NCBI GenBank assembly: GCA_046758965.1 | Contig: JBHIBG010000004.1 | Span: 39,517 to 103,516 of the forward strand | Reading direction: 5' to 3' | DNA: 64,000 bases | Origin: Candidatus Methylomirabilia bacterium | Lineage (GTDB): Bacteria > Methylomirabilota > Methylomirabilia > Rokubacteriales > CSP1-6 | Shown here: positions 46,652 through 55,884 of the stretch, in pieces | Position numbering within the stretch: position 1 is the first letter of the stretch | How the letters are laid out: each line of letters opens with the position of its first letter | Notes under the pieces: model-generated | Databases searched by the model: none | Told to the model about the DNA's origin: nothing | The model's input: only the letters and a program-made list of their open reading frames with translations | Made by a program: the position numbers and the translations under genes

Positions 46652-46951
46652 ATGCCAGTCCGTGTTCGGATTCCGAACCCCCTTCGAGCTGTCACCAAGG
46701 GGGCGGCGGAAATCCATGCCACAGGCGACACGATCGCCGACCTGATCGACGACCTCGAACGCCAGTTTCCGGGGCTCCGGGAGCGGCTCGTCGGGGAGGG
46801 CGGGGAACTCCGCCGCTTCATCAACGTCTACGTCAACCAGGAGGACATCCGGTTTCTCCAGGGGAAGGGCACGACCCTCAAGGATGGTGACGAGGTCTCG
46901 ATCGTTCCGGCCATTGCGGGTGGGCGGCGAGGCGGGGGTGTGCATGGCTAG
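46652..46951 (+). CDS. MoaD/ThiS/CysO-like ubiquitin-fold sulfur carrier with extension after GG
   Basis: RIPNPLR, FINVYVN.EDIR, VSIVPAIAGG followed by RRGGGVHG. Confidence 0.9.
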   Translation: MPVRVRIPNPLRAVTKGAAEIHATGDTIADLIDDLERQFPGLRERLVGEGGELRRFINVYVNQEDIRFLQGKGTTLKDGDEVSIVPAIAGGRRGGGVHG

Positions 46952-47183
46952 GATGCGAGTGCGGTTGACCTTTCCCCCCGAGCGAATCCAGGAGCCCATC
47001 ATCTATCAGTTGGGGCGAGAGTTCGACATCGTCACCAACATCCGTCGGGCCGATGTCCAGGCCGACTACGGGTGGGTGGCCCTGGAGCTGGAGGGGAAGG
47101 AAGAAAACCTGGAGCGGGGGATTGCCTGGCTCACGAAGAAGGGTGTCAAGGTCGATCCGATCGAGCGGGATATCATCGCTTGA
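46944..47183 (+). CDS. NIL-domain protein
   Basis: LTFP...EPIIYQL..FDIVTNIRRADV, GWVALEL. Confidence 0.88.
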   Translation: MARMRVRLTFPPERIQEPIIYQLGREFDIVTNIRRADVQADYGWVALELEGKEENLERGIAWLTKKGVKVDPIERDIIA

Positions 47184-47238
47184 GGCCCGCTCACGCCCCA
47201 CAGGCGCTTCGAAAGCTGCGGGACGGGGCCCGGCATCG

Positions 47239-48408
47239 ATGAGGCTGTCGGAGCGGGTCCGGGGATTCACCGAGTCGGTGATCCGGGAGATGACCCGGGT
47301 CAACAACCTCTACGGGGGAGTCAACCTGGCCCAGGGGATGCCTGATTTCCCGCCTCCCCGGGAGCTGGTGGAGGCCGCCCATCGCGCTCTGGACGGAGAC
47401 TTCCACCAGTACGCGATCACCTGGGGGGCCCCACAGCTCCGCCGGACCATCGCGGACACCTACCGGCAGTTCTACGGGATGGAGGTGGACCCGGAGCGAA
47501 ACGTCACGGTCTGCTGCGGGTCTACCGAGACCATGCTCGCCACGCTCCTCGCCGTCCTGAACCCCGGGGACCAGGTCATTATCTTCGAGCCGTTCTATGA
47601 GAACTACGGACCGGGCTGCATCATCGCCGGCGCCGACCCGATCTTCGTGCCGCTCGAAGCGCCCGACTTCTCCTTCGATCCCGACCGGTTACGGCGGGCC
47701 GTCACCCGGCGCGCCCGGGCCATCATCTTCAACAGCCCCAACAACCCCACGGGCAAAGTGTTCAGCCGGGAGGAGCTCCAGGCCATTGCGGACCTCTGCC
47801 TCACCCACGATCTGCTCGCGATCACCGATGAGATTTACGAGCACATCATCTTCGACGGCGAGCGGCACATCCCGATCGCCACGCTTCCCGGCATGGCAGA
47901 GCGTACCGTGACGATCTCGGGGGTCTCCAAGTCCTACTCCGTCACCGGCTGGCGGGTCGGCTATGCCATCGCCTCCCCCGAGATCTCCTTGGGGATCCGT
48001 CGCGCCCACGACTTCATCACCGTGGGGGCTCCTCATCCGCTTCAGGACGCGGCGGTGACCGCGCTGAGGCTCCCTGACTCGTACTACGTCTGGCTCAGGG
48101 AGATGTACCAGGCCAAGCGCGATCTCCTCCTCGAGTTGGTCGAGTCTTCGGGCTTTCACGCGTACAAGCCGAAAGGCGCCTACTATCTCCTCACCGAAGC
48201 CGGCCACCTGATCAAGCGCTTCCGCTCCGCCGACGACATGGCGTTCGCCCTCTACCTCGCCAAGGAGATCGGCGTGGCCACGGTCCCCGGCTCTTCCTTC
48301 TACGCCCACCCGGAACTCGGAAGAACGAAAATCCGCTTCTGCTTCCCCAAGGCTGACGAGACCCTCCAGGAAGCCGGGCGGCGCCTCCAGAAGCTTGCGC
48401 ACATGTGA
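47239..48408 (+). CDS. Class I/II PLP-dependent aminotransferase
   Basis: NLAQGMPD, NSPNNPTG, TDEIYE, SKSYSVTGWRVG, IRFCF. Confidence 0.95.
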   Translation: MRLSERVRGFTESVIREMTRVNNLYGGVNLAQGMPDFPPPRELVEAAHRALDGDFHQYAITWGAPQLRRTIADTYRQFYGMEVDPERNVTVCCGSTETMLATLLAVLNPGDQVIIFEPFYENYGPGCIIAGADPIFVPLEAPDFSFDPDRLRRAVTRRARAIIFNSPNNPTGKVFSREELQAIADLCLTHDLLAITDEIYEHIIFDGERHIPIATLPGMAERTVTISGVSKSYSVTGWRVGYAIASPEISLGIRRAHDFITVGAPHPLQDAAVTALRLPDSYYVWLREMYQAKRDLLLELVESSGFHAYKPKGAYYLLTEAGHLIKRFRSADDMAFALYLAKEIGVATVPGSSFYAHPELGRTKIRFCFPKADETLQEAGRRLQKLAHM

Positions 48409-49739
48409 GGCTCAGGGACGCGGCGCTCGCGGTCTTTCAGGCCGGCCTGGAGGCTGGTGAGGTCAGGTCGGTCCTCGAGCAGGCTGTGTCCCTGGATGGC
48501 CCCCGGCTGCGACTCGGGCCGGGCGTTTTTGATCTGGCCAGCGTGCGACGCCTGCTGGTGCTTGGGGCCGGAAAGGCCTCGGGGGCGATGGCCGGCCATC
48601 TCGAGGAGCTCCTCGGCGAACGGATCGCCCGGGGCCTGGTTGTCGTCAAGGATGGCTACACGGCCCCCACGAGTCGGATACGCCAGGTAGAGGCTGGCCA
48701 CCCGATCCCCGATGAACGAGGGTTCTCGGCCGCCGCGGAACTGCTCGAGCTCGCGTGCGAGGCCCGTGAAGACGATCTGGTGGTGATGCTGATCTCGGGA
48801 GGAGGTTCAGCTCTCACCCCGGCTCCCGTCCCGCCGATCACTCTGACCGAGAAACAGGCCCTAACCCGCCAGCTCCTCGCGGCCGGGGCCACCATCACTG
48901 AGCTGAATGCCGTGCGCAAGCACATCTCCCAGCTGAAGGGGGGACACCTCGCCAAGACCAGTTTCCCAGCGCCCGTGGTCTCGCTGATCCTTTCTGATGT
49001 GGTCGGCGACCGACTGGATGTCATCGCCTCCGGCCCCACAGCTCCTGATGAGACGACTTACGAGGAGGCCCTGGCCATCCTTGACCGGTTCGGGTTGACG
49101 GAGCGAGTCGCAGCCACAGTGCGGTGCCATCTTGAGCGGGGGGCCCGAGGCGAGGTTGCCGAGACCCCGAAGGCCGCGGATCCCGTCTTCAGCCGGGTCA
49201 GCAACTACATCGTCGGCACGAACCGGCTGGTGGTTGAGGCGGCGGAGGCTCGGGCTAGAGCGCTCGGCTTCAACAGCCATGTGCTGACCCGGTCCCTCGC
49301 GGGTGAGGCGCGGGAGACAGCTCGACAGTTTGCCGCCCTGGCCCGCGAGATCTCCTCCAGGGGAGCACCGATCCCGCGGCCAGCCTGCGTGATTGCAGGC
49401 GGCGAGACGACGGTGACGCTCCGCGGGAATGGGGTAGGGGGGAGATGCCAGGAGTTCTGTCTTGCTGCGGCGCTCGAGCTTCAAGGGGTGTCGGATGTCA
49501 TGATCCTGGCTGCGGGGACCGACGGAAGCGACGGCCCGACCGATGCAGCCGGAGCTCTGGCCGACGGCGAGACCGTCAGGCGCGGCAGAGAGCTTGGGGT
49601 GGAAGCTTCAGCTGCCCTCGAGGCGAACGATTCTTATCACTTTTTCTCCCCCCTTAATGATCTCGTCACCACCGGCCCCACCAACACCAACCTGCTCGAC
49701 CTCTACCTACTCTTCGTCGGGCCCCTGCCGCCGAAATGA
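48405..49739 (+). CDS. Glycerate kinase type 2 (MOFRL/TtuD family)
   Basis: GAGKAS, EAGHPIPD, ISGGGSAL, KGG, SDVVGD, GGETTV, GTDGSDG, TGPTNTN. Confidence 0.93.
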   Translation: MRLRDAALAVFQAGLEAGEVRSVLEQAVSLDGPRLRLGPGVFDLASVRRLLVLGAGKASGAMAGHLEELLGERIARGLVVVKDGYTAPTSRIRQVEAGHPIPDERGFSAAAELLELACEAREDDLVVMLISGGGSALTPAPVPPITLTEKQALTRQLLAAGATITELNAVRKHISQLKGGHLAKTSFPAPVVSLILSDVVGDRLDVIASGPTAPDETTYEEALAILDRFGLTERVAATVRCHLERGARGEVAETPKAADPVFSRVSNYIVGTNRLVVEAAEARARALGFNSHVLTRSLAGEARETARQFAALAREISSRGAPIPRPACVIAGGETTVTLRGNGVGGRCQEFCLAAALELQGVSDVMILAAGTDGSDGPTDAAGALADGETVRRGRELGVEASAALEANDSYHFFSPLNDLVTTGPTNTNLLDLYLLFVGPLPPK

Positions 49740-49794
49740 GCAAAACGCGCGGAGTGCCTGATTTTCCGACTCCGTGTCTGTCTCGCCCACAGGG

Positions 49795-49828
49795 TTATCC
49801 ACCAGTGACTCACAGGATCTGTGGATAG
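49795..49828. promoter_or_regulatory. Pair of oppositely oriented DnaA-box-like 9-mers
   Basis: TTATCCACC (49795-49803) and TGTGGATAG (49820-49828), each 8/9 to TTATCCACA. Confidence 0.55.
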
Positions 49829-49837
49829 CGCAGTGGT

Positions 49838-49867
49838 TTGACAGCCGTTTCAACGCTTCAGTATCCT
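49838..49867 (+). promoter_or_regulatory. Sigma70-type promoter of rlmN-mtaB
   Basis: TTGACA-N18-TATCCT, 8 nt before ATG 49876. Confidence 0.6.
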
Positions 49868-49875
49868 AGGTGGCG

Positions 49876-50946
49876 ATGTCCCCCCTGAACCTTCTCGAGC
49901 TCTCTCCCACCGAGCTGGAAGGCCTGGCCGAGCGGTTCGGTCAGCCTCGCTATCGCGGCCGCCAGCTCGCCTCGTGGCTCTTCAAAAAGGGGGTCCTCGA
50001 CTTCGAGGCGATGACAGACCTGCCGCAGCCGTTCCGCCATCGGCTGGCCGAAGAGAGTGTCATCGGCGTCCCGGAAGTGGAGCGGCAGTCACGCTCGCGG
50101 GACGGAAGCGAGAAGTTCGTCCTGAGGCTTGCCGACGGTGCCCGGATCCACACCGTGCTGATGCCTGACGCCGACCGACTCACGCTCTGCCTCTCCACCC
50201 AGGTAGGATGTGGCTTCGCCTGCGCCTTCTGCATGACAGGCAGCATGGGCCTCACGCGGAACCTCACGGCCGCGGAGATCGTGGGGCAGCTGGCCAGGGT
50301 ACGCGCGGCCCTTCCCGCCGGGACGCGGGTGACCCACCTCGTCTATATGGGGATGGGAGAACCCCTCGCGAACTACGGCGCGACTGTCCGATCGCTTCGG
50401 CTCTTCACCGATCCCGCCGCGTTCGGATACTCGCCGCGCCGAATCACGGTCTCCACAGTGGGGCTGGTCCTCGGCATCCAGAGGCTCGCCGCAGAGGACC
50501 TCAATGTCAACCTCGCCATTTCGCTCCACGCCACCACGAACGAGGTGCGGAGCCGGCTCATGCCGGTCAACCTGGGCTGGCAGATCGAGGAGCTGCTGGC
50601 GGCCTGCCGCCGCTTTCCGCTCCCTGTCCGGAGGCGGATCACCTTCGAGTACACGCTGCTCAAGGGCGTCAACGATTCTCTGGAGGATGCGCTCCGACTC
50701 ACCCGGCTCCTCAAAGGCATCCGGGCGAAGGTGAACCTGATACCGTGCAACGAGTGGGAGGGCTCCAGTTTCAAGCGGCCGGCGCTCCCTCGGATCGCGG
50801 CCTTTCAGGCGCTCCTGCTGGAGCATGGGATCACCGCGACCATCCGCTGGAGCAAAGGAGAGGAGATCGGGGCCGCCTGCGGACAGTTGGCCGAGGTCGA
50901 GGTGGCCGAGGGCCTCGGGGCCCGCAGCGAGGCTCTCCTCCTGTGA
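49876..50946 (+). CDS. rlmN: 23S rRNA m2A2503 / tRNA m2A37 methyltransferase
   Basis: CLSTQVGCGFACAFC, MGMGEP, RRITVSTVG, ISLHA, FEY, VNLIP, AACGQL. Confidence 0.96.
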   Translation: MSPLNLLELSPTELEGLAERFGQPRYRGRQLASWLFKKGVLDFEAMTDLPQPFRHRLAEESVIGVPEVERQSRSRDGSEKFVLRLADGARIHTVLMPDADRLTLCLSTQVGCGFACAFCMTGSMGLTRNLTAAEIVGQLARVRAALPAGTRVTHLVYMGMGEPLANYGATVRSLRLFTDPAAFGYSPRRITVSTVGLVLGIQRLAAEDLNVNLAISLHATTNEVRSRLMPVNLGWQIEELLAACRRFPLPVRRRITFEYTLLKGVNDSLEDALRLTRLLKGIRAKVNLIPCNEWEGSSFKRPALPRIAAFQALLLEHGITATIRWSKGEEIGAACGQLAEVEVAEGLGARSEALLL

Positions 50947-52265
50947 CAGCCTCGCGCGGCGTGACGGTAGCCTTCGCAACCCTGGGCTGCAAGCTGAATC
51001 AGGTGGAGACCCGGGAGATTCAGGGGCTCCTGGAGGCGCGGGGGCTCCGGACGGTTCCCTTCGACGAGCCCGCCCAGGTCTATGTCGTCAATACCTGCAC
51101 GGTAACAGGGAGGGCGGACTTCTCAGACCGTCAGATGATCCGGCGGGCGGTGGCGAGGAACCCTGAGGCTCTGGTGGTGGTCACGGGGTGCTACGCCCAG
51201 ACCGACCCGGCTGCGATCGCCCGGATCCCCGGGGTGGACGTTGTCGTCGGCAACGAGGAGAAGTACCGGCTGGTCGACCTGCTTGACCGGGTGAAGAAGC
51301 GCCCGAGACCTCTGGTGCGGGTCGGGGATATCTCCCAGGCGCGGACGGTTCCCGCTGCGCCCTTCAGCAAGTTCTCCGGGCGCTCCCGCGCTTTCGTCAA
51401 GATCCAGGATGGCTGCCAGCACCGGTGTGCCTTCTGCATCGTCCCCTATGCCAGGGGGGCGAGCCGGAGTCAGGAAGAAAAGCGGGTAGTGGAACGGGTG
51501 GTCCAGATCGTGGAATCGGGTTACCGGGAGGTGGTCCTGACCGGGGTGGACATCGGCCACTATGGACGCGACCTGCTGCCGCGAACCACCCTGGCCTCCC
51601 TGGTCAGAAGAGTTGTGGAGGAAGTACCGGGGCTCTGTCGGCTTCGTCTCTCTTCGATCCTGCCGGCCTACTTCACTCCCGAGCTGATCGAGGTCATTAC
51701 CCGTTCCCCCGTCGTCGTTCCCCACCTTCACATCCCGCTCCAGAGCGGGAGCGATCGAATCCTCAGAGCAATGAGAAGGCCTTATAATACCGCCATATAT
51801 CGATCGTTGCTTGAGAAGATGTCTGATGCCATTCCGAACCTGGGGCTGGGGACCGACATCATTGTGGGTTTCCCTGGAGAGAGCGAGGCTGACTGCGAGG
51901 TCACTCGAGAGCTGATCGAGGCCCTGCCGTTTAGCTATCTCCACGTCTTTTCCTACTCCGACCGGAACGGGACTGAAGCGACGCGGCTTCCCGGCCATCT
52001 CCCCTCTCGCCTTATCACCGAGCGCAGCAAGGTTCTGCGGGGCCTGAGTCAGGCCAAGAACCTGGAGTTCCGTCGTCGGCTCGTGGGCGAGCGGCAGGAG
52101 GTCCTGGTCCTTGAGGACCGAGACAGAACAAGTGGCCTGCTCGTCGGGCTCACGGGCAACTACGTGCCTGTCCTCTTCGAAGGGCCCGATTCCCTCATGA
52201 CAAAGCTTGTGACGGTTACCGTGACGGACGTGGATCCCAGACGCACCTCGGGGGTCCTCGCGTGA
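50943..52265 (+). CDS. mtaB: tRNA t6A37 methylthiotransferase
   Basis: TLGCKLNQ, VNTCTVT, TGCYAQ, KIQDGCQHRCAFC, HIPLQSG, HVFSYS, TGNY. Confidence 0.93.
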   Translation: MTASRGVTVAFATLGCKLNQVETREIQGLLEARGLRTVPFDEPAQVYVVNTCTVTGRADFSDRQMIRRAVARNPEALVVVTGCYAQTDPAAIARIPGVDVVVGNEEKYRLVDLLDRVKKRPRPLVRVGDISQARTVPAAPFSKFSGRSRAFVKIQDGCQHRCAFCIVPYARGASRSQEEKRVVERVVQIVESGYREVVLTGVDIGHYGRDLLPRTTLASLVRRVVEEVPGLCRLRLSSILPAYFTPELIEVITRSPVVVPHLHIPLQSGSDRILRAMRRPYNTAIYRSLLEKMSDAIPNLGLGTDIIVGFPGESEADCEVTRELIEALPFSYLHVFSYSDRNGTEATRLPGHLPSRLITERSKVLRGLSQAKNLEFRRRLVGERQEVLVLEDRDRTSGLLVGLTGNYVPVLFEGPDSLMTKLVTVTVTDVDPRRTSGVLA

Positions 52266-52344
52266 GCAGGAACGCCACGTGTGGCGGGCATACCGGCTTA
52301 CTGTATTATTGAGGGCTCGGGCGTGGGCTTTGGCCGCGCAGCCT

Positions 52345-52438
52345 GAGGGGGGAGGTACGCTCCCCTTCGGCTCGCGCGCTCCGCAACCTCGCACGCGCGG
52401 TTGCTTCGCGTCGGCAGGGGGGCAGAGCCCCTCTCGGA
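52345..52438. repeat. GC-rich triple-hairpin intergenic element (REP-like; single copy in window)
   Basis: GGGGAG/CTCCCC, GCAACC/GGTTGC and GGGGC-AGA-GCCCC stems in tandem. Confidence 0.45.
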
Positions 52439-52445
52439 GAAAAGT

Positions 52446-53363
52446 GTGATCAAGATCGGCGTCATCGGTGGCAGCGGCCTTTACGAGCTCGAGGGCCTGG
52501 TTGATGTCCGGTGGACCCGAGTCCGGACTCCCTTTGGCGAGCCTTCCGACGCGTACTGTGTCGGGCGGGCCGGGGACCGGACAGTGGTCTTCCTCCCGCG
52601 GCACGGGCGCGGGCACCGGCTCATGCCCTCGGAAGTCAATTTCAGAGCGAATATCTACGGCTTCAGGCAGCTGGGTGTTCAGTGGATCATTTCCATCAGC
52701 GCAGTGGGGAGCATGCGCGAGGAGATCCGGCCGCTGGACCTGGTGATCCCCGACCAGTTTTTCGACTCGACCCGCCGGCGGGTCTCCTCCTTCTTCGGCA
52801 GTGGGATCGCGGCCCATATCGGGATGGCTGACCCGGTCTGTCCCGAGCTGGCTGATCGGCTGGAGAAGGCTGCGCGGGCCACCGGGGTCACGGTCCACCG
52901 CGGCGGCACCTATCTTTGCATCGAGGGGCCGCACTTCTCCTCGAAGGCGGAGTCGAGGATCTACCGTCAGTGGGGCGTGGACCTGATCGGGATGACCAAC
53001 ATGCCCGAGGCGAAGCTGGCCCGGGAAGCCGAGCTCTGTTACGCCACACTGGCGCTGGTCACCGACTACGATGTCTGGCATGAGAGCGAGGCGGAGGTGA
53101 GCGTGGAGGCGGTGGTGGCCAACCTGGCCAGGAACACCGCGGCCGCCAAGGAGGTGCTGCGCCGGCTGATCCCGGTGGTTGAGCTGCCGCGCCGCTGTCC
53201 CTGTCCCTCCCTCCTTAAGAACGCCGTCATCACCAACCCGGCAGCCTTCCCACCCCGAACCCGGAAGGCCCTGGGGCTCCTGCTCGACAAGTATTTCTCC
53301 CCACGCCGCCCCTCTCCCGGCCGGAAGAGGGGAGGCGCGCGGAGGGGCAGCCGCCGTGGCTGA
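52446..53363 (+). CDS. mtnP: S-methyl-5'-thioadenosine phosphorylase
   Basis: GVIGGSG, TPFGEPS, PRHGRGH, RANI, EGP, GMTN.PEA.LAREA, TDYDVW. Confidence 0.95.
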   Translation: MIKIGVIGGSGLYELEGLVDVRWTRVRTPFGEPSDAYCVGRAGDRTVVFLPRHGRGHRLMPSEVNFRANIYGFRQLGVQWIISISAVGSMREEIRPLDLVIPDQFFDSTRRRVSSFFGSGIAAHIGMADPVCPELADRLEKAARATGVTVHRGGTYLCIEGPHFSSKAESRIYRQWGVDLIGMTNMPEAKLAREAELCYATLALVTDYDVWHESEAEVSVEAVVANLARNTAAAKEVLRRLIPVVELPRRCPCPSLLKNAVITNPAAFPPRTRKALGLLLDKYFSPRRPSPGRKRGGARRGSRRG

Positions 53364-54264
53364 CCTGCTCGTGGTGGGATCGGTGGCCCTGGACAGCGTC
53401 ACAACCCCGTTCGGCCACGCGACTGAAGTCCTGGGCGGGTCGGCCACGTACTTCTCAGTGGCGGCTAGCTTCTTCACCACTGTGCGGCTGGTGGCGACGG
53501 TGGGGGAGGACTTCCCCGGCGAGCACCTCGTGCAGCTCAGGGATCGTGGGGTCGACCTCTCCGACTTGCAGGTCTCCCAAGGCAAGACCTTCAGATGGGT
53601 AGGGGAGTACGGCTACGATCTCAACGAAGCCAGGACCCTGGACACCCAGCTCAACGTCTTCGCCAACTTCCAGCCCGTGCTTCCGGGGCCGCTCCGACGG
53701 ACTCCCTTTGTCTTCCTGGCCAACATCGACCCGGAACTGCAGCTGGGGGTCCTCCGTCGGATGGAACAGCCGCAGCTGGTAGCCCTGGACACCATGAATT
53801 TCTGGATCGAGGGAAAGCGCGAAGCGCTCCTCAATGTGCTGGCCGAGGTGGACGTGCTCTTGATCAACGACGCCGAGGCTCGCCAGCTCGCCCGGGAGCC
53901 CAATCTGATCAAGGCTACCCGAACGGTTCTGAAGTTGGGCCCGCGAACGGTGGTCGTCAAGCGCGGGGAGTACGGCGCCCTGATGATTTCCGATGGCCAC
54001 TTCTTCTTCGTCCCGGCCTACCCGCTGGAGTCGGTCTTCGACCCCACGGGCGCCGGCGACACCTTTGCCGGAGGCTTCATGGGATATCTCGCCAAGTCTG
54101 AGGTCGCGGGCGGGAGCGCCATTCGCCGGGCCATCGTGTACGGGTCCGTCATGGCGTCCTTTGCCGTGGAGGACTTCTCGGTGAACCGCCTGATCCGCCT
54201 CACGCCGGACGAGATCCAGCGCCGCTATGAGGCCTTCCAGGACTTGCTTCGATTTGAGATGTAA
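53356..54264 (+). CDS. PfkB-family carbohydrate/nucleoside kinase
   Basis: GSVALD, LGGSA, DTMNFW, KRGEYG, DPTGAGDTFAGG. Confidence 0.92.
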   Translation: MADLLVVGSVALDSVTTPFGHATEVLGGSATYFSVAASFFTTVRLVATVGEDFPGEHLVQLRDRGVDLSDLQVSQGKTFRWVGEYGYDLNEARTLDTQLNVFANFQPVLPGPLRRTPFVFLANIDPELQLGVLRRMEQPQLVALDTMNFWIEGKREALLNVLAEVDVLLINDAEARQLAREPNLIKATRTVLKLGPRTVVVKRGEYGALMISDGHFFFVPAYPLESVFDPTGAGDTFAGGFMGYLAKSEVAGGSAIRRAIVYGSVMASFAVEDFSVNRLIRLTPDEIQRRYEAFQDLLRFEM

Positions 54265-54275
54265 TATTGAGCGCC

Positions 54276-55145
54276 ATGGACGTCAGGCTTCAGGCTAAAT
54301 ACATCCGGCTGGTTGAGATCGTGCGGAAGCTCGAGCGGGTGGTGGTGGCCTTCTCGGGAGGAGTCGACTCCACGCTCCTCGCCCGTGCGGCCAAAGACGG
54401 ATTGGGCGAGCGCGCGCTGCTAGTCACTGCGGACTCCGAGACCTATCCCGAGGCCGAGCTTGCCGAGGCGAAGCGGCTTGCCCAGACACTCGGGATGCGC
54501 CACGTGGTGATCCGGAGCCGGGAGCTGGACAACCCCGACTACGCCAGGAACCTCGCCAACCGGTGCTTCTTCTGCAAGGAAGAGCTGTTCGACAAGATCA
54601 GGTCGGTGGTGGACGAGGACGGAGCCGCGCAGGTGATCTACGGCGCCAATGTGGATGATCTCGGCGACCATCGCCCGGGCATGCACGCGGCCCGCCAGAT
54701 GGGGATCGGGGCGCCGCTGATCGAGGTCGGGCTGACCAAGCCGGAGATCCGGGAGCTCTCGCGCGAGCTGGGGCTCTCGACCTGGGACAAGCCGTCATTC
54801 GCCTGCCTCTCCTCCCGCTTCCCCTACGGCGATCCGATCACCGTGGAGAAGCTCCGCCGGGTCGAGGCGGCCGAGGCCTTCCTCCGCGGGCTGGGCTTCC
54901 GCCAGCTCAGAGTGCGTCATCACGATACGCTCGCCCGGCTCGAGGTTCCGCTGGAAGAGGTCTCCAGGCTATGGGAGGACGGGCGGCACGAGAAGATCGC
55001 GGGACGCTTCAGGGAGATCGGGTACCTCTACGTGGCTGTCGACCTCCAGGGGTTTAGGAGCGGGAGCATGAACGAGGTGCTTCAGCACCGCGCTCGATCG
55101 GGCCTGTCCGAGGATGGACCGAGCACGACTCAGCCGCCTGCTTGA
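54276..55145 (+). CDS. larE: ATP-dependent sulfur transferase LarE
   Basis: PP-loop FSGGVDS, RCFFCK, DDLGDHRPG, WDKPSFACLSSRF, RVRHH, FRSGSMN. Confidence 0.93.
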   Translation: MDVRLQAKYIRLVEIVRKLERVVVAFSGGVDSTLLARAAKDGLGERALLVTADSETYPEAELAEAKRLAQTLGMRHVVIRSRELDNPDYARNLANRCFFCKEELFDKIRSVVDEDGAAQVIYGANVDDLGDHRPGMHAARQMGIGAPLIEVGLTKPEIRELSRELGLSTWDKPSFACLSSRFPYGDPITVEKLRRVEAAEAFLRGLGFRQLRVRHHDTLARLEVPLEEVSRLWEDGRHEKIAGRFREIGYLYVAVDLQGFRSGSMNEVLQHRARSGLSEDGPSTTQPPA

Positions 55146-55872
55146 AGATCTGGCTGCCGGGCGCCTCTCCGTTGAGGAGGCACTGCTCAAGCTCAGAAGC
55201 CTCCCCTACGAGGATCTCGGGTTTGCCAAGGTGGACCTCCACAGGGCCCTCCGTGGCGGAGCGCCGGAGGCCGTGTTCTGTGAAGGGAAAACCCCCGAGC
55301 AGGTCGCCGCGATTCTCTCGCGGCTGGCCGAGAACCACGACAATGTCCTCGCCACCCGAGCCTCGGCAGAGATAGCCCGGGCGGCGGAGGGGGTCGGGCT
55401 CCGCTCTCGCTACTACCCGGAAGCCCGGCTCGTGGTGGTGAACCCGAAGCCGGCTCAAGGGGTGGGGCTCATCGGGGTGGTGAGCGCGGGGACTTCTGAC
55501 CTCCCTGTGGCTGAGGAGGCCGCTGTCAGCGCCGAAATCCTCGGGAACCGGGTTGAGCGTGTGTACGACTGCGGCGTGGCCGGTCTCCACCGCCTCCTGG
55601 ATCACATGCACCTTTTGATGGAGGCCAACGCCATTGTCGCGGTGGCCGGGATGGAAGGGGCGCTCCCGAGCGTCATCGGGGGCCTGGTGGACCGGCCTGT
55701 CATCGCTGTCCCCACGAGCGTCGGGTATGGCGCCTCCTTCGGCGGGATCAGCGCACTCTTGGCAATGCTCAACTCCTGCGCCCCCGGCGTCAGTGTGGTC
55801 AACATCGACAACGGCTACGGCGCGGCCAACCAGGCTAACCTCATCAATAAGCTCGTAGCCAAGATCCGATAG
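55114..55872 (+). CDS. larB: NPN cofactor biosynthesis carboxylase/hydrolase LarB
   Basis: AKVDLHR, EGKT, AGTSDLPVAEEA, D.GVAGLHRL, AGMEGAL, PTSVGYG, VNIDNG. Confidence 0.95.
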   Translation: MDRARLSRLLEDLAAGRLSVEEALLKLRSLPYEDLGFAKVDLHRALRGGAPEAVFCEGKTPEQVAAILSRLAENHDNVLATRASAEIARAAEGVGLRSRYYPEARLVVVNPKPAQGVGLIGVVSAGTSDLPVAEEAAVSAEILGNRVERVYDCGVAGLHRLLDHMHLLMEANAIVAVAGMEGALPSVIGGLVDRPVIAVPTSVGYGASFGGISALLAMLNSCAPGVSVVNIDNGYGAANQANLINKLVAKIR

Positions 55873-55884
55873 GTCGCCGTCGGG

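Noticed and set aside
49740..49870. Replication origin
   Set aside because: Only two good DnaA boxes, no AT-rich unwinding region, and no dnaA/dnaN context.
51123..53585. 820-aa minus-strand ORF and similar long antisense or alternate-frame ORFs (3340-4725, 22685-24514, 23698-25449)
   Set aside because: They shadow well-supported genes, carry no recognisable motifs, and are expected in high-GC DNA.
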